Below are positions 62,577 through 64,000 of a stretch of DNA of 64,000 nucleotides, piece after piece. The translations under genes were made by a program, and so were the position numbers. This stretch comes from Vicugna vicugna. Lineage: Eukaryota. Position 1 is the stretch's first letter. Every line of letters begins with the position of its first letter. The stretch covers positions 1 to 64,000 of the forward strand of contig MU061579.1 in NCBI GenBank assembly GCA_013265495.1, read 5' to 3'. Below the pieces are notes generated by a model. That model did not search any database. It saw nothing but the letters and a program-made list of their open reading frames with translations, and had not been told where the DNA came from.

Positions 62577-62716
62577 ACAGTGCATATATCTTTTTAAAAA
62601 TTAAATGAATATAGTAATCTGTCATCATTATAAATTGGTTAAAATACCTGAATGGCATCCATCATATAAGATGACTTAAAATTTTCCTTATTTAATGATA
62701 AAACACATTATATACT

Positions 62717-62870
62717 TTTTTTAAGTTGACATATAGCCCACTGACAATGTTGTGTTAATTTCTGGTATACAACATAATAGTTCAGTCATACATACATGTA
62801 TATTCATTTTCATATTCTTTTTCATTATAGGTTACTACAAGATATTGATTATAGTTCCCTGTGCTATACA
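62717..62870 (-). mobile_element. Short artiodactyl/camelid L1 3' end
   Basis: 'aatgttgtgttaatttctggtatacaacat...cattataggttactacaagatattgattatagttccctgtgctataca'. Confidence 0.85.
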
Positions 62871-64000
62871 TTTTATTTATAGATCTTTGTACTAAAATTA
62901 GGATTTAAATACATAACCATTTCCTTAGAACTGTCCAAATATAAATTATACAATTTGCCTACAATATTTCTCAATAAATCATTAATGATTTTGATGAGAT
63001 GAAAACATTTTTCAAGACATTTTAATATCTTACTATACTTATTTTAAAATTTCTGTCATGGCCTGTAGTGTTTCCCTCTCAGTATTAATTATTCTGGTGT
63101 AATAAAATGTTGGAAATTTTAACACTATGAAATAACTTTCAGTCTAGTCCTTTTGATATATTTTTATCATTTGCATCACCCTGTCTGTTCAGGGTTACAT
63201 CACAACTGATCACTGAGTGCCTGGAAGAATGCCTCATCCCCACAGTTTTCTTGTCTGGTTCTGGGGATTGCTGTACCAAGTAAACCATCTTCTGCTTTTG
63301 AGTGCCATCCCCATAAAGGGTTATATTCAACAAAGAGGAGGAAACATGATAAAGTATTCTAACTGAAAGGCTTTTGAAGGGGAAGCCCTGAGGTGGTCTG
63401 TTATCAGGACCAGTGAGAGTGATAAATGATGTACGAAACTAGAGCAGAAAAACTATTGGCTAAGAATTGTCCTAAGACAGAAACGTACCAATCGGGATAC
63501 CCAATTGGAAGTCTGTAGCAGGAGGAAGTCAGAGCTGTCAGAAGTGGTCACCAAGCGTCAGTACACATTGAGCAGCAGGGGTAGTGATCTAGTGATGGAG
63601 GGTAACTCAAGTGATGTCTTAGCTCTCTTCTCAAGACTGGGATGCGGGAAGGAGGTGACAGATCCTTTTTTGGCCTAATAAGTTCGCTTTGCTGGTGAGA
63701 GAGCCAGATCCAGCTCTCCAGGCAGCAGTATGGTGACAAATAGCAAGGGCCATAAATTTAGTTCTTGGAATACCATGCTCAGGAATTTATTCCAAGAAAA
63801 TAATAATTTGAGACAAGGTAAATCAAATCTTTGTCAAAAATTTTGTTCATGTCAGAATTCTTAATAAAAGGGAAAGAAAGTGGAAAACAAGAAAATATTT
63901 TAGTAAGTTTTGGAACATCAGCAAAATTGGGCTGTTACTTAAGTAAAAGCATCATCATGGAAACCATCTAAAAACACAGAAGATGTTTGACATCACATTA

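Noticed and set aside
1..64000. Prokaryotic-type systems (CRISPR arrays, operons, defence islands) and CpG-island promoters
   Set aside because: The sequence is mammalian and repeat-dense, with no regularly spaced repeat-spacer array, no gene-dense tract and no extended CpG-rich region.

Overview
AT-rich, repeat-dense mammalian non-coding DNA (intronic or intergenic), very probably camelid: it has six copies of a tRNA-derived SINE matching the camelid Vic-1 family and several artiodactyl-type L1 3' ends. I found no intact protein-coding gene, RNA gene or CpG island; the supplied ORFs are chance ORFs or decayed retroelement frames. The most notable structure is a heavily decayed class I endogenous retrovirus remnant (about 46.9-49.1 kb, + strand) with integrase core, integrase C-terminal and env SU/TM motifs still readable in proviral order, followed by a perfect 12-bp hairpin carrying two nuclear-receptor half-sites. 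Other highlights: a complete MER41-like solo LTR with a GAS (STAT) motif; an 8-kb nested stack of retroelements, including a 5'-inverted L1 that forms a long inverted repeat with its host L1; and a target site apparently used twice (old L1MB, then Vic-1). I cannot support a wholly new biological system from this sequence. Repeat family names come from recalled consensus sequences and should be confirmed with Dfam/RepeatMasker; boundaries without a stated target-site duplication (TSD) are approximate.
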